From Candidatus Collierbacteria bacterium (GTDB lineage: Bacteria > Patescibacteriota > Microgenomatia > UBA1400 > MFAQ01): a stretch of DNA of 43,617 nt. Below, in pieces: positions 12,252 through 21,917 of the stretch; within the stretch, counting starts at the first letter, position 1, and every line of letters begins with the position of its first letter. Under the pieces are notes generated by a model that made no database searches, had not been told where the DNA came from, and saw nothing but the letters and a program-made list of their open reading frames with translations. The stretch covers positions 1-43,617 of the forward strand of contig JAHFKQ010000001.1 of the NCBI GenBank assembly GCA_023245265.1, given 5' to 3'. The translations under genes and the position numbers were made by a program.

Positions 12252-12438
12252 GTCAATATCTCGTTCCAAAGGAGCAACCTATGCCTCGTTAATTCGTGCC
12301 TGCAAGCTCAGCTCTACCCCTCACCCCTTGGCCACCTCATCAGATCTGTTTATCATTTTTCAATTCCTAATACCCTTAGAAGACTGAAAATAGTAAGCAT
12401 TCTATCCTCAATTCACGGTCAAACTCAAAGGAGCCATC

Positions 12439-13149
12439 TTGAACAGTCATCTGCCTTTCTTTGGATTAATCTCAAAACAAATATCATCAATTTTTACCGC
12501 CGTTCCTCCGAACCTAAACCGGAGCTGGCAAATCTCCCTTGCCGATGGCGAGGCCGAGATCATCGACGCCTCCGGCGACATCCATTTCGGCAAGCTAAAT
12601 AAGCTTTCCTTGGATCATCTCATCCTGAGTTCTGCTTTTGGCCAGCTGGTCTACGGCTTTTTAAATCAGTCGTGGGATCAATGGGCCTTTTTCGAAGGTA
12701 CCTCAGACCTCGAACCAGCCGGTGTTTGGATAGCCATGTTTACCAGAATTCAGGGGATTCTCCATGTTGGCGTCATCGAAGAGTCACGCCCTCTCATCCA
12801 AGGCCATTTCTTTGCCATTCCTCATGGTTTCGTTGATATGGGTGAGCAGGGGCACGAGGCCGCCATGAGAGAGTTACTGGAAGAAACCGGAGTCAAAGTC
12901 ACCCAAATCTATTCGTTAGGTTACCTAGGTCACAACACCGCTTTTTTTGGTGGTTCAACTTCAGGTGCCCATAGCGACGAAGGTTTCTTGGTCATTCTTG
13001 AAAATGAGCTTCAGACGGTAAAAATCGGCGTCAAAGAATCCACCTTGAAATGGATTCCAACCTCAGAATTTGTTCTTTCCGGCTATTGTGCCCCATCAAC
13101 TGCGGTTGTGGCCAAAGCCCTAGTCAAAGTCACAAAGGAGACTAAATGA
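12439..13149 (+). CDS. NUDIX hydrolase
   Basis: Intact Nudix box GFVDMGEQGHEAAMRELLEETG; SD AAGGAG before TTG. Confidence 0.9.
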   Translation: MNSHLPFFGLISKQISSIFTAVPPNLNRSWQISLADGEAEIIDASGDIHFGKLNKLSLDHLILSSAFGQLVYGFLNQSWDQWAFFEGTSDLEPAGVWIAMFTRIQGILHVGVIEESRPLIQGHFFAIPHGFVDMGEQGHEAAMRELLEETGVKVTQIYSLGYLGHNTAFFGGSTSGAHSDEGFLVILENELQTVKIGVKESTLKWIPTSEFVLSGYCAPSTAVVAKALVKVTKETK

Positions 13150-13409
13150 TCATCAATCTCATCCTCGAGCTTTTCGTCCAGAACATTTTTGCCATCGCCG
13201 CTTGTTTGTTCTTTCTAATACTGATCATCGGGTCCACCAGAAACCAAAAACTAAAATCCACAGTCAAATGTAGTAAATGCAAAACACAGTTTACGGTTGA
13301 TCCACAACAGGTTCAAGTGTCCGCCGGTCAGCCATCTGGAATAGGAGATGATGGTCTCTCATACTGGATCGACTGTCCATATTGCCACGAGTCAAACTCA
13401 CCTTATTAA
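13146..13409 (+). CDS. Small TM protein with a zinc ribbon
   Basis: TM helix, CSKC...CPYC; ATGA overlap with the upstream gene and an SD. Confidence 0.75.
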   Translation: MIINLILELFVQNIFAIAACLFFLILIIGSTRNQKLKSTVKCSKCKTQFTVDPQQVQVSAGQPSGIGDDGLSYWIDCPYCHESNSPY

Positions 13410-13431
13410 GTCACTCGCCTAGCCTCCACTT

Positions 13432-13458
13432 ACCCACCTCAACCGAGGTGGGTTTTTT
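13432..13458 (+). terminator. Intrinsic terminator
   Basis: ACCCACCTC-aacc-GAGGTGGGT plus T-run. Confidence 0.85.
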
Positions 13459-13489
13459 GTGCCTTCTCCGCCTAGCCACGAACTCCCTC

Positions 13490-13550
13490 TTGCTTTTTGT
13501 CTAAGTTATAACTTATAATACTCGTTGACTTACAAGGTTCGACCTTAAAA
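13490..13550 (+). promoter_or_regulatory. Promoter plus conserved leader motif, copy 2
   Basis: TTGCTT-18-TATAAT then GACTTACAAGGTTCGAC. Confidence 0.75.
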
Positions 13551-13674
13551 TATTTCCCAGCGCGTGCCTATTTGGGCAGCCATCGAACCTATTTTTACCC
13601 CTTTCCCCTTCTTTCCAACCGTTTACCCGGTTGTTTCGTGTATCCCAATCCCCATACCTTAAGGAGGTATTCCC

Positions 13675-15060
13675 ATGTTTTTTTCAAAAATCCGTTCGTC
13701 TTGGCTCGCCTTATGGGCGGGCTTCCTGCATTTTATGTACCTCGATCGTCCTGCAAAGAATGCCGCCAAACCCAGTTTTTACACTCCCGAGGAGCTTCGC
13801 GAGAAGCTGAAGGACCGTTCATTCCAGCTCGAAGCCATCAACTGGATCGAAATGACGCTCCGCCCACTGGAAAATGACGCCATCTTTTTGGCAGTCGCCC
13901 AAAACCGACCTACCGATGCTCGTAACATTACCACTCGCGACTTCCGTCAAATTCTCGATCTGTTCGCCCCTTTCATTGAAAGTGGCACTCCCGCTCACGA
14001 AAAAGGCCATCACATTTTTGATGCCCTAGGCATAATGTCCCTGATTAGTAACGATCCCTGGATTGCCCGGGCTTACAGAAACGAAATCGATGCGGCAGCG
14101 CTAGCCGGCATGATCCACGATGGTCTGACCGGTGTTCAGCACCGTTACATCGACAACAATTGGGAGCTGGATCACGGAGAAATCTGGGCCCACGAAGTTT
14201 ATCGAATGCTAGAGGGTCTGGTAAGCCAGCCAGTCCGGCTACTTACCGCCTATTTTATCGCCACTCACCCACATCGTACCAAGGATGTCACTCTGGCTAG
14301 CGGATACATTCGTCGACCGTGGAATGTCAAGATCTTCTACTACGAAGATCGTCCTGTCCGCATCGGCGACCGCCTTACCAAATTCACTGATCGCCTTGAA
14401 AACGGTGGCGACTCGGCTTGCCATTTCACCCGGCACGCCCTGGCCAATGTCGATGGCGCCCTTGTTGGCGGTCTTGACCTCAATCATCTGGACGGGACCT
14501 ACAACTTCTCCAACTCTCTCAGTCGACTCTTTGCCCCTTCGTTAGGATCGATTTCCATGCCCTCACTCAAGGATGGTGAACCTGTTCTGAAAGATGGCCA
14601 ACCGGTCATGGAGAATGTGCCCAGCATGATACAACACCTAAAGGGCTATGCCGATTCTGCTGTTGCACGGCCGTATAGTCCCTACAACATGTACGACGAC
14701 TTTTCTCCCAACATGCGTTTTCTGATGGACTGGAAAATCGCCAACAACAAAAAATTGATCGAGTTGGTCCAAAACACTACCGGCACCCCTAACTTCGAGC
14801 TGTTTGTTCAACTCATGCAGATGAAGTCCGGCTATCCAAATAATGATCAAACGCAAAAAACCATCGAGCTAACTCGTGCCTTGTGGGAACGGACCTCTCC
14901 CGAGGATCAGGCACACTGGGCCCAAGCCTTCGAATTTGCCCTCGCCTCCTATTATGAGTGGCTCACCGTCTTGGAGACTCAAATTTCCCAAGCTACCGAC
15001 CCGACAGTCCTGGCCTTCCAGCCCTTAGTGGCCGAATTCATTTCTCAGGTCAAGGGCTAA
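13675..15060 (+). CDS. Large divergent HD-domain protein
   Basis: HEKGHH..D, AGMIHDG, HGE, IATH and TDRLE motifs; SD AAGGAGG. Confidence 0.7.
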   Translation: MFFSKIRSSWLALWAGFLHFMYLDRPAKNAAKPSFYTPEELREKLKDRSFQLEAINWIEMTLRPLENDAIFLAVAQNRPTDARNITTRDFRQILDLFAPFIESGTPAHEKGHHIFDALGIMSLISNDPWIARAYRNEIDAAALAGMIHDGLTGVQHRYIDNNWELDHGEIWAHEVYRMLEGLVSQPVRLLTAYFIATHPHRTKDVTLASGYIRRPWNVKIFYYEDRPVRIGDRLTKFTDRLENGGDSACHFTRHALANVDGALVGGLDLNHLDGTYNFSNSLSRLFAPSLGSISMPSLKDGEPVLKDGQPVMENVPSMIQHLKGYADSAVARPYSPYNMYDDFSPNMRFLMDWKIANNKKLIELVQNTTGTPNFELFVQLMQMKSGYPNNDQTQKTIELTRALWERTSPEDQAHWAQAFEFALASYYEWLTVLETQISQATDPTVLAFQPLVAEFISQVKG

Positions 15061-15061
15061 A

Positions 15062-15463
15062 ATGGGCTTCAGTGTCGATTACGAACCAAACTTTACCTCG
15101 ATCCAGTACTCGTATATCAAGCCAGATCAAGACATCCGGGTTCTAAACTGGAAAGAGTTCCCTTTCCTGGAGTCGGTCAAAGACACTCAAGCCATCTATT
15201 TTTCGGCTTCCACTGTGGGTGGCAATCATCGCCATCCTCGCACGGAATGGTATCTGGGTTTTGGGGATCTAATCATTTACTGGTTAGATACCACAGGCAA
15301 ACGACATCAGAGGCATTTAAATCCCCAGGGGAGGCTGTTACTAGTGAAGATCCCCCCTTATCTGCCCCACGCTGTCCGAAACCGCTCAGTCACCAATTCA
15401 GCCCTGCTCATTGAGCTGGCCGACGCTCCTCAGCACGATGTCGAGCGCATCAAAGTTTTCTAA
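15062..15463 (+). CDS. Cupin-domain protein (WxcM/FdtA-like)
   Basis: GGNHRHPRTEW and IPPYLPHAVRN motifs. Confidence 0.8.
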   Translation: MGFSVDYEPNFTSIQYSYIKPDQDIRVLNWKEFPFLESVKDTQAIYFSASTVGGNHRHPRTEWYLGFGDLIIYWLDTTGKRHQRHLNPQGRLLLVKIPPYLPHAVRNRSVTNSALLIELADAPQHDVERIKVF

Positions 15464-15468
15464 CTCTC

Positions 15469-15495
15469 AACCCACCCCTTCGGGGGTGGGTTTTT
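15469..15495 (+). terminator. Intrinsic terminator
   Basis: AACCCACCCC-ttcg-GGGGTGGGTT plus T-run. Confidence 0.88.
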
Positions 15496-15538
15496 CTTGG
15501 TCTCTTGACATTCTTTTTTTGTTCTATAACATGAACCT

Positions 15539-16333
15539 ATGTCCACCGCATTTAACTTCGAAGCTTTTAGCTACACACTCCCTCCTAACCGTCAGCTTTT
15601 GGCTGCCAAGCTCATCGAGAAAAAATGGTTCCAAGCTACTTCACCCGAACTCCAGCAAGAAGTACTTACCCTCCCGGACGATCACGAAGGCTTTCTCTAC
15701 GATCTGAGCCATCGCCCGGATATAGTCGGTCATCTGACCGTCCTCAAACTTCTCAAAATCGTCCGTGGCGAGTTTTTGGTCACCCCCATTTTCGAGGTTC
15801 ACTCCGCCACCTCAGGTAAAACCTTCACCAAAGAATATGTCTGCTGGAAAATGGGCGCTTTCCCGGGTATCAAGGGTACTTTATTCGTTCGCTTACACGG
15901 CAACATCACTCACTTTATCACCATCCAAACCGACAAATTTCCCGTTGGTGCCCTCTGTTACGACTCCATTGGTGGACTTTTTCAATATGCCAAAGGTACC
16001 AACCTCGATTTACCCAACAAAGTCGAACAGCTCATCAAAGATAAGCTTGGTTTACAAGCACTCAAAATTCAGGAATTTATCGATCTGGGACACATCCAGT
16101 CCGATAACGGCCTGACGCCAAACTACCCCCAAATCTTTGCCGCGATTATCGACGGCGACGAAGCTGGGCACCTCTCAGCCCGCGAGATTGACCCCCAGGA
16201 TCGCGAACAGGCCAATTTCCGGATCCAGGTCGTACCCATCCAGGAGCTCCCCGAATACCTCCTCAGGGTCGACGACGCCTTTTTCCTGGCTACCTGTGCC
16301 CGCCTCTTAGCCAAACGGGTTATCACCCTCTAG
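15539..16333 (+). CDS. Degenerate NUDIX-fold protein B
   Basis: Aligns with 11419-12186 (WF.AT.P.L, FL.DLS.RPD, P.FEV.S, ITHF, YDS.GGL, DLG, FAA.ID). Confidence 0.65.
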   Translation: MSTAFNFEAFSYTLPPNRQLLAAKLIEKKWFQATSPELQQEVLTLPDDHEGFLYDLSHRPDIVGHLTVLKLLKIVRGEFLVTPIFEVHSATSGKTFTKEYVCWKMGAFPGIKGTLFVRLHGNITHFITIQTDKFPVGALCYDSIGGLFQYAKGTNLDLPNKVEQLIKDKLGLQALKIQEFIDLGHIQSDNGLTPNYPQIFAAIIDGDEAGHLSAREIDPQDREQANFRIQVVPIQELPEYLLRVDDAFFLATCARLLAKRVITL

Positions 16334-16344
16334 GCACAGACCTC

Positions 16345-16405
16345 TTGACATATACTCTAGGCTGAAGCTATAATACCCCCAGACTTACAAAGTTCGTCTT
16401 TTACA
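16345..16405 (+). promoter_or_regulatory. Promoter plus conserved leader motif, copy 3
   Basis: TTGACA-18-TATAAT then GACTTACAAAGTTCG. Confidence 0.75.
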
Positions 16406-16449
16406 TCCGCTTTTCTCCGTTCTTCCACCCTATTTCTTAAGGAGTCCCT

Positions 16450-16851
16450 ATGTCAGTTATCAAAAATGTTCGTATTTCGTTTGCCGTCGCCTGGTATTCA
16501 AACCCAACAGTTGGCCAAGGCACTATTGACCTCAAAGAAGGCGAAGGTCACAAGACTAAAGGCTTCGAAATCTCCGCCGACCATCGCTACCTCACCGCCT
16601 GGTCATACGATCTTGAAGAAAAGTACCCCATGCGTTGTAAGGTCGGCCTCAAGCCCGGCTTTTTTACCCAGATTGGAAACTTGCTCAAAGGCAATCCCAT
16701 GTTTCGGACTCGCCCAAAGTATGTTTCCGTCCTCGTAACAACCCGCTTCCCTCTTAGCGCCGTAAAAAATATTTCTTTTAGCAACGACTGGGACGACTCG
16801 TCCTACTCTTTCTACGACGCCGACAAACTTTCCCCAAAGGAGAACAAATGA
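16450..16851 (+). CDS. Hypothetical protein
   Basis: SD AAGGAG; 133-aa ORF. Confidence 0.7.
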   Translation: MSVIKNVRISFAVAWYSNPTVGQGTIDLKEGEGHKTKGFEISADHRYLTAWSYDLEEKYPMRCKVGLKPGFFTQIGNLLKGNPMFRTRPKYVSVLVTTRFPLSAVKNISFSNDWDDSSYSFYDADKLSPKENK

Positions 16852-17267
16852 AAACCTTGTTTTTCCTCGGCCTAGGATCTTGGATCATCCAAATTTTGTC
16901 GACTGGTCTTAGCTTGGCTTCGTTCAATCACATTAAGTCTCAGATCAATGATCCTGCCAGCCTGCCTCTTTGGTATCAGATTCTAGCTTGGGTTATAAAT
17001 TTATCCTCCGTCGGATATTTGATTTGTACCCTCTGGATCTTTTTTACATTTCAGAGTCCTGTGTTTATGATTTCGGTCATTCTGGCTGCAGTGATTATCG
17101 CTATTCGAATGCGACACGGGCAAAAGGTCCCGACCAAAATGAGTAAGGAAGAAATTGCCGACTTTAACTTGGATTTCAAAGGTATCCTCATCGTTTGGTT
17201 GATTACCTTGGAAGTCTCTTTCTACGGCGCAGTCCCCTACTTACTGCTTTTCATATTTACTCTCTAG
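16848..17267 (+). CDS. Hypothetical 4-TM membrane protein
   Basis: Hydrophobic segments; SD and ATGA overlap. Confidence 0.7.
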   Translation: MKTLFFLGLGSWIIQILSTGLSLASFNHIKSQINDPASLPLWYQILAWVINLSSVGYLICTLWIFFTFQSPVFMISVILAAVIIAIRMRHGQKVPTKMSKEEIADFNLDFKGILIVWLITLEVSFYGAVPYLLLFIFTL

Positions 17268-19363
17268 TCAAGTTTCTTCCCCGCCTTCACCGGCGGGGTT
17301 TTTATTGGCAAAGTAAATTCAAAGGTTGTTCCCTTGCCCTCTACACTCGAAAAGCGTATTTCTCCCCCGGAGGACTCAATAATCGCTTTAGTGAGATAAA
17401 GTCCCAAGCCGGAACCTTCCGTAAATTTTTTCAGAGCATTGCTAGCACGGAAGAATTTTTGAAACATTCTCTCCTGTTCCTCCATCGGGATACCGATGCC
17501 ATTATCGCTAACTTCGGAAATTATCTTTCCATCTTTGGCGTAAACTTTGACAGTTATCTCGCCTTTCTCCCCAGTGTAGCGGATAGCATTCGAGATGAGG
17601 TTGGCGTACACATGACGGATTAAGTCAGCATCAATATTGATGATGGGTAGTTTTTCACTTACTTGATCAATAAAGACTTTACCTTGACCTTCAGGATTTA
17701 ACTCAAAGTCCCCGATTATCGATTTCACTAAAGTTTTTAAGTCAGTTGATTTTGGCATGACCGCAATCTTTCCGGACTCCATTCTACTCAGGCTCAATAA
17801 CGAGTTAACAATCGTGATTTCTCTTTGGTTGGATTCTTCAATTCGATCAACAAATTCTTTTTGTTTTTTTGACAGTGGACCACCATCACCATTTTTTAAC
17901 ATTTCAGTAAACCACTTCACCGCCGATAGTGGAGTCCGCAATTGGTGGCTGGCCAAGGAAATAAACTCGGTCTTTATTTTTTCAATCGCCCTTTCTTTAC
18001 TTAGATCTCTTTCAATCCCCACAAAGAAAAGCAATTTTTTTTGCTCGTCCAAAATCGGTGAGATATGCATTTCTGCTTCGTAAGACTCTCCATTTTTCCT
18101 CTTATTTGTTACCTCATCTTCAAATGGCATTTTTTCATCCCTAATTGTTCTCCACATTCTTTGATAATATTCTTTAGGCATATTGCCTCCCCACAGGGAA
18201 GGTTTCTTCCCAATAAGTTCGGCTTCCGTGTAACCGGTAATTTTCATGGCGGCCTTATTCACATAAATAATTGTGCCATCTATATTTGTTATCACCACTT
18301 GGTCGGAAACTCCATCCACTGCTTGCTTAAATTTCTTCAAATCTCGTGTCGCAAATTCTACCAAGCTCCCCGCCCTCCTGTCTGCCGAGACAAACGAATA
18401 AATACTCAAAAACCATAATATATTTAGAGAGAGAACCATGACCAAAGTAATTGTTGGTAAATTTTCTTCATAATCTGAAAGTTTATATAGCCTATCCGTA
18501 TCCAAAATAATCTTCATCTTTCGATTTAACAGATTAAAGTCTTTAGAAACTGTATGCATCGGTCTTTCCCCTTGTAGTGATCCGACACTCATTACTTTTT
18601 TGTCCCCATCAATAAGTGAATATCTTATGCCCGGCCTCGTGACAAACTCTTCTTTCAATCTGTCAACATTCAGCCAAACATCTATAAACCCGATCAACAT
18701 TTCATCTCTTTTCTCTATTGGTATTTCTTCAATATTTTCAATCTTAAAAATCGGCATAATTACTCCGTATCCAGTCTTCTTGCTCTGGGGAATGATTTCC
18801 TCTAGCCGACCCAACTCCGACATTACTGGTTGGTTTGTCTTTTCGGCTAAAAGCAAAGCCGCCATGGTATTTTCTGAAGTTTGCAAATCAAATCCCAGCA
18901 AGTCATTAATTTGTGGATCAATAGAGTAAAGGTGTTTAATTGGATAAATTGTAAGACTGTCTGTTTTTGGGAAGACTTGATAATTTTCATAGTCATCAAT
19001 TCCCGAAGACCTCATTTCTAACTCCATTTTTTTTAAGTCTTTACGGGCTATTTTTGGCACATATGCCAGGGAATAGTCTTGATGATTTTGATCACTTACT
19101 AAAGCTTTAAAATGGTCGTTCCAATCCCTTGGGTGATCTTCACTCAAACTGATCAGGCCTTTCAGGTCATAAAGCAGGTCCACCCCCCTATCTATTTTGT
19201 CTACCATAGTCTTCACCACATCATCCAGAGTTTTGGACAGCTCCGCAATCCTTCTGAGCTCCACTGACCGTTGGATATAAATCATTAACATCACCGATCC
19301 CACCATCAATACCAAACTAGTCGTACCAATTAAAAATAACCTCCCCAAGTGTTCAATTTTCAT
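17264..19363 (-). CDS. CHASE/PAS sensor histidine kinase
   Basis: Two TMs around a CHASE-like region (YPI..Y...LGFDL); PAS domain; SHQLRTPL H-box; NLISNA; DNGIG and GSGLGL. Confidence 0.93.
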   Translation of the reverse strand: MKIEHLGRLFLIGTTSLVLMVGSVMLMIYIQRSVELRRIAELSKTLDDVVKTMVDKIDRGVDLLYDLKGLISLSEDHPRDWNDHFKALVSDQNHQDYSLAYVPKIARKDLKKMELEMRSSGIDDYENYQVFPKTDSLTIYPIKHLYSIDPQINDLLGFDLQTSENTMAALLLAEKTNQPVMSELGRLEEIIPQSKKTGYGVIMPIFKIENIEEIPIEKRDEMLIGFIDVWLNVDRLKEEFVTRPGIRYSLIDGDKKVMSVGSLQGERPMHTVSKDFNLLNRKMKIILDTDRLYKLSDYEENLPTITLVMVLSLNILWFLSIYSFVSADRRAGSLVEFATRDLKKFKQAVDGVSDQVVITNIDGTIIYVNKAAMKITGYTEAELIGKKPSLWGGNMPKEYYQRMWRTIRDEKMPFEDEVTNKRKNGESYEAEMHISPILDEQKKLLFFVGIERDLSKERAIEKIKTEFISLASHQLRTPLSAVKWFTEMLKNGDGGPLSKKQKEFVDRIEESNQREITIVNSLLSLSRMESGKIAVMPKSTDLKTLVKSIIGDFELNPEGQGKVFIDQVSEKLPIINIDADLIRHVYANLISNAIRYTGEKGEITVKVYAKDGKIISEVSDNGIGIPMEEQERMFQKFFRASNALKKFTEGSGLGLYLTKAIIESSGGEIRFSSVEGKGTTFEFTLPIKTPPVKAGKKLD
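17279..17304 (+). terminator. Intrinsic terminator overlapping the kinase 3' end
   Basis: CCCCGCC-ttcacc-GGCGGGG plus T-run. Confidence 0.75.
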
Positions 19364-19364
19364 G

Positions 19365-19742
19365 TCAGCTACTCAGTTTATCTTTGGGACACATTTTTTT
19401 CAGTTCCTCATCTATGTTCGAAAGACCCACATCAGTTTTCATAAAGCATTTAGTCGCACCCATTTGAAGGACTCTTTCCATAGCATCAGGTAAATTAGTA
19501 ATTACAAGAATTGGGATGTTAGTCGTTTTTTGATTCTTTTTTAATTCTTTCAAAACATCCAAACCGTTTAACCTTCCCGGCATATAAATATCTAGCAAAA
19601 TCAGGTCCGGCTCAAAAGTATCAGCTTCTTTTACCCCCATCTCACCATCTGTCGCAATTCTTACATCATACTTCTCTTCAAATTTTCTTCGATATGCTTC
19701 ATTTAGTAACAAATCATCCTCAATGATGAGTAATTTTGCCAT
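19365..19742 (-). CDS. Single-domain response regulator
   Basis: IIEDD, LLDIYMP and conserved T and K residues. Confidence 0.93.
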   Translation of the reverse strand: MAKLLIIEDDLLLNEAYRRKFEEKYDVRIATDGEMGVKEADTFEPDLILLDIYMPGRLNGLDVLKELKKNQKTTNIPILVITNLPDAMERVLQMGATKCFMKTDVGLSNIDEELKKMCPKDKLSS

Positions 19743-19802
19743 ATACCTAAATATATCACAGAGAAATTTCCGTAAATTAACTTACATCCTCTCCAGAAAG
19801 TC

Positions 19803-21818
19803 TTATTTTTTCTTTCCCAAAACTTTTTCGGTCAAACCTAGGATTTCCAATCCCTTAAGTAACATCAGCGCTTCATGCATGTACTTCGTCTCATCGGCGT
19901 TGACCGTAGGAAAAGCCATAAAATCCGCTTGGCTGGCACCTGGCATGAAGATAATGGCCTGGCCCGGCTCAGCGCCTTGCATCACATTGCCTTTGCCCAT
20001 GGTGTCTACATACTTAGCCCACCAGCCGGTTCCCACCAACATGGGGTGGTAAGTTTCAGCGTTGGTACTATCGTGAAAGGTCATTGTTCCTGCACTCGGC
20101 ATGTGCCCTCCAGCCACAAACGCCGGCTTTTCGTGAGTGAATTTGTTGTACATTTGGCGCAGACCAAAGGTTGGTTTAGAGAAAGACCCGCTATTGTTCA
20201 ATTTATCCACAAATGCCCCGTAGTATCTCGGCTTTGAAGCAGTTGTTCCCGAAGGTCCAATGGTTATTTCCATAAAAGATAAATGATGAATTAGCGGAAT
20301 ACCGGTGGCATTTGCAATATAAGAGGCCGGAGCTACCGGGAAACCATTTTCCCCTTTACCCATTTTTCCCTTCCAGGCTGATTGTCGCATCGACTCATCC
20401 ATCATCACCGCCAGGGTCTGATATTCTGCCCCCTTTATCAACTCGGCAAATTTATCCAATATTTGAATTCTCTTAGGCGATTCGCCTGCCTGTCTATCGA
20501 TCATGTTTCTCAGAAATACCACCACCGAATGCGGATTTTTTGCCACTTCAGTCATAAATCCACTCAAGTCTTTGAAGCCTTCGGAGCTACTGCCAATTCT
20601 GGCGTTAGCTACCAGCTGTAAAGCAATTGGCAGTTGGGTTTTTATATCATAGGAAAGTCTGTCGTAAGGCGTTTTCATCTCCATCTTGGAATACACATTC
20701 CTAATGGTTTCCCCTCCTACTTTCAGTTTATCCAAAGGCCTAGACTCGGTGTGAATGCCACCCAGGCGACTTTTGGCCGAGGTATATGAAATTTCCGGTG
20801 ATGCTTCTACCTTTTTGCGGATCGTTTCCAAAAGCTCTTTAGTTGTGCCCGAGGACTCCGCTCGATTTAATAGATTAATGGCCTTAAAAGCCATCTCTCC
20901 TTGCTCTTGTGTTGAGAAAGGGTAACTCCGGCCTTCTTTGTTTCTGGTTCTCGGTTGTAAAATCACTCCTTGCAAAAGCGGATCGGACAATCTTTTACCT
21001 AGTTTTACTCCATATTTATCCCGAGCTCCTTCACCCCCGGAGCCTTTAAGAGTGCCCGAAGAAATATAAATAATTTTCATTTTTCCTCCGGCGTAGGCTT
21101 CTTCTCCCACCGCCGTCCGATGAATATGTCCGCTGGAATAAATATTGGCTCTTGAAGATTCGCTAGTAGTCAAAGCTTCATCACGGAGTCCGGAAACCGG
21201 ATCAATCGCGCTGGCCGCCGGTGGGTTATGCCAGATTTTTTCAGTCACCGTATGGCCATTAGCAAAACGGATTTTTAGTTCTCCGCCATTTTGAATCAGA
21301 GGGATGTTGAGTCCTTTAGTCATCGAAATCCAAGGGTTCTGTGTCGTGGCATCTTGTGCCCAACCAGGGTGACCCCAATAGTCGGACACCATCGCCAAGA
21401 TTCTTCCTTCTGCCGCCAGTGGTTCATAAACCAATGCTCTGATCAAATCTATTTGTTGCTGTAGATCAATGGCCGTGCGGTTGGTATCCAAATACTCGGC
21501 TTTAATGCCTTCGACACTGTCCCCCAAATCCACCACTACCACATTAGGGTTATCCAAAATGTACTTCACCAGGTCGATTAATGGATCGAGTCCGGCCGCC
21601 AGACTACCTACATGCAGGTCAGATAAACAAATCAATTCAATCGGATCATTGTGCCGTACCCCCATCGTCACCGACTCACGCCCCATGTTATCTTTTTCCA
21701 AAGTCTGCGATTTTTTAATCACTTCCAAAATCAGTTGTGTTTTCTCTTGTACTGGGAGCATGGCCGGCTCGACTTTTGCCACATAAAAAGGTTGTTTTTT
21801 TATCTCCGGTTTAGGCAT
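19803..21818 (-). CDS. Tandem calcineurin-like metallophosphoesterase protein, second domain degenerate
   Basis: Domain 1 has SDLH, GDSVE, WH and GHIH; domain 2 has ANAR, RNMID and GHMP at the equivalent positions. Confidence 0.7.
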   Translation of the reverse strand: MPKPEIKKQPFYVAKVEPAMLPVQEKTQLILEVIKKSQTLEKDNMGRESVTMGVRHNDPIELICLSDLHVGSLAAGLDPLIDLVKYILDNPNVVVVDLGDSVEGIKAEYLDTNRTAIDLQQQIDLIRALVYEPLAAEGRILAMVSDYWGHPGWAQDATTQNPWISMTKGLNIPLIQNGGELKIRFANGHTVTEKIWHNPPAASAIDPVSGLRDEALTTSESSRANIYSSGHIHRTAVGEEAYAGGKMKIIYISSGTLKGSGGEGARDKYGVKLGKRLSDPLLQGVILQPRTRNKEGRSYPFSTQEQGEMAFKAINLLNRAESSGTTKELLETIRKKVEASPEISYTSAKSRLGGIHTESRPLDKLKVGGETIRNVYSKMEMKTPYDRLSYDIKTQLPIALQLVANARIGSSSEGFKDLSGFMTEVAKNPHSVVVFLRNMIDRQAGESPKRIQILDKFAELIKGAEYQTLAVMMDESMRQSAWKGKMGKGENGFPVAPASYIANATGIPLIHHLSFMEITIGPSGTTASKPRYYGAFVDKLNNSGSFSKPTFGLRQMYNKFTHEKPAFVAGGHMPSAGTMTFHDSTNAETYHPMLVGTGWWAKYVDTMGKGNVMQGAEPGQAIIFMPGASQADFMAFPTVNADETKYMHEALMLLKGLEILGLTEKVLGKKK

Positions 21819-21917
21819 TAAAAAATATTAAAAAATTAATAGTATTCAACCAATCGTATTACTAGCGGAAACAAATAACAACCACCAAAAACAATCCTCT
21901 CCTCAAAACAAAATTTA

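Noticed and set aside
14569..14610. 21-bp tandem duplication (KDGEPVL/KDGQPVM)
   Set aside because: A common beta-hairpin micro-repeat with only two diverged units
12223..16405. CRISPR array or integron attC sites for the repeated motif
   Set aside because: Copies are short and 1.3-2.9 kb apart, have no attC-type R/L box palindrome, and no cas or integrase gene is in the window
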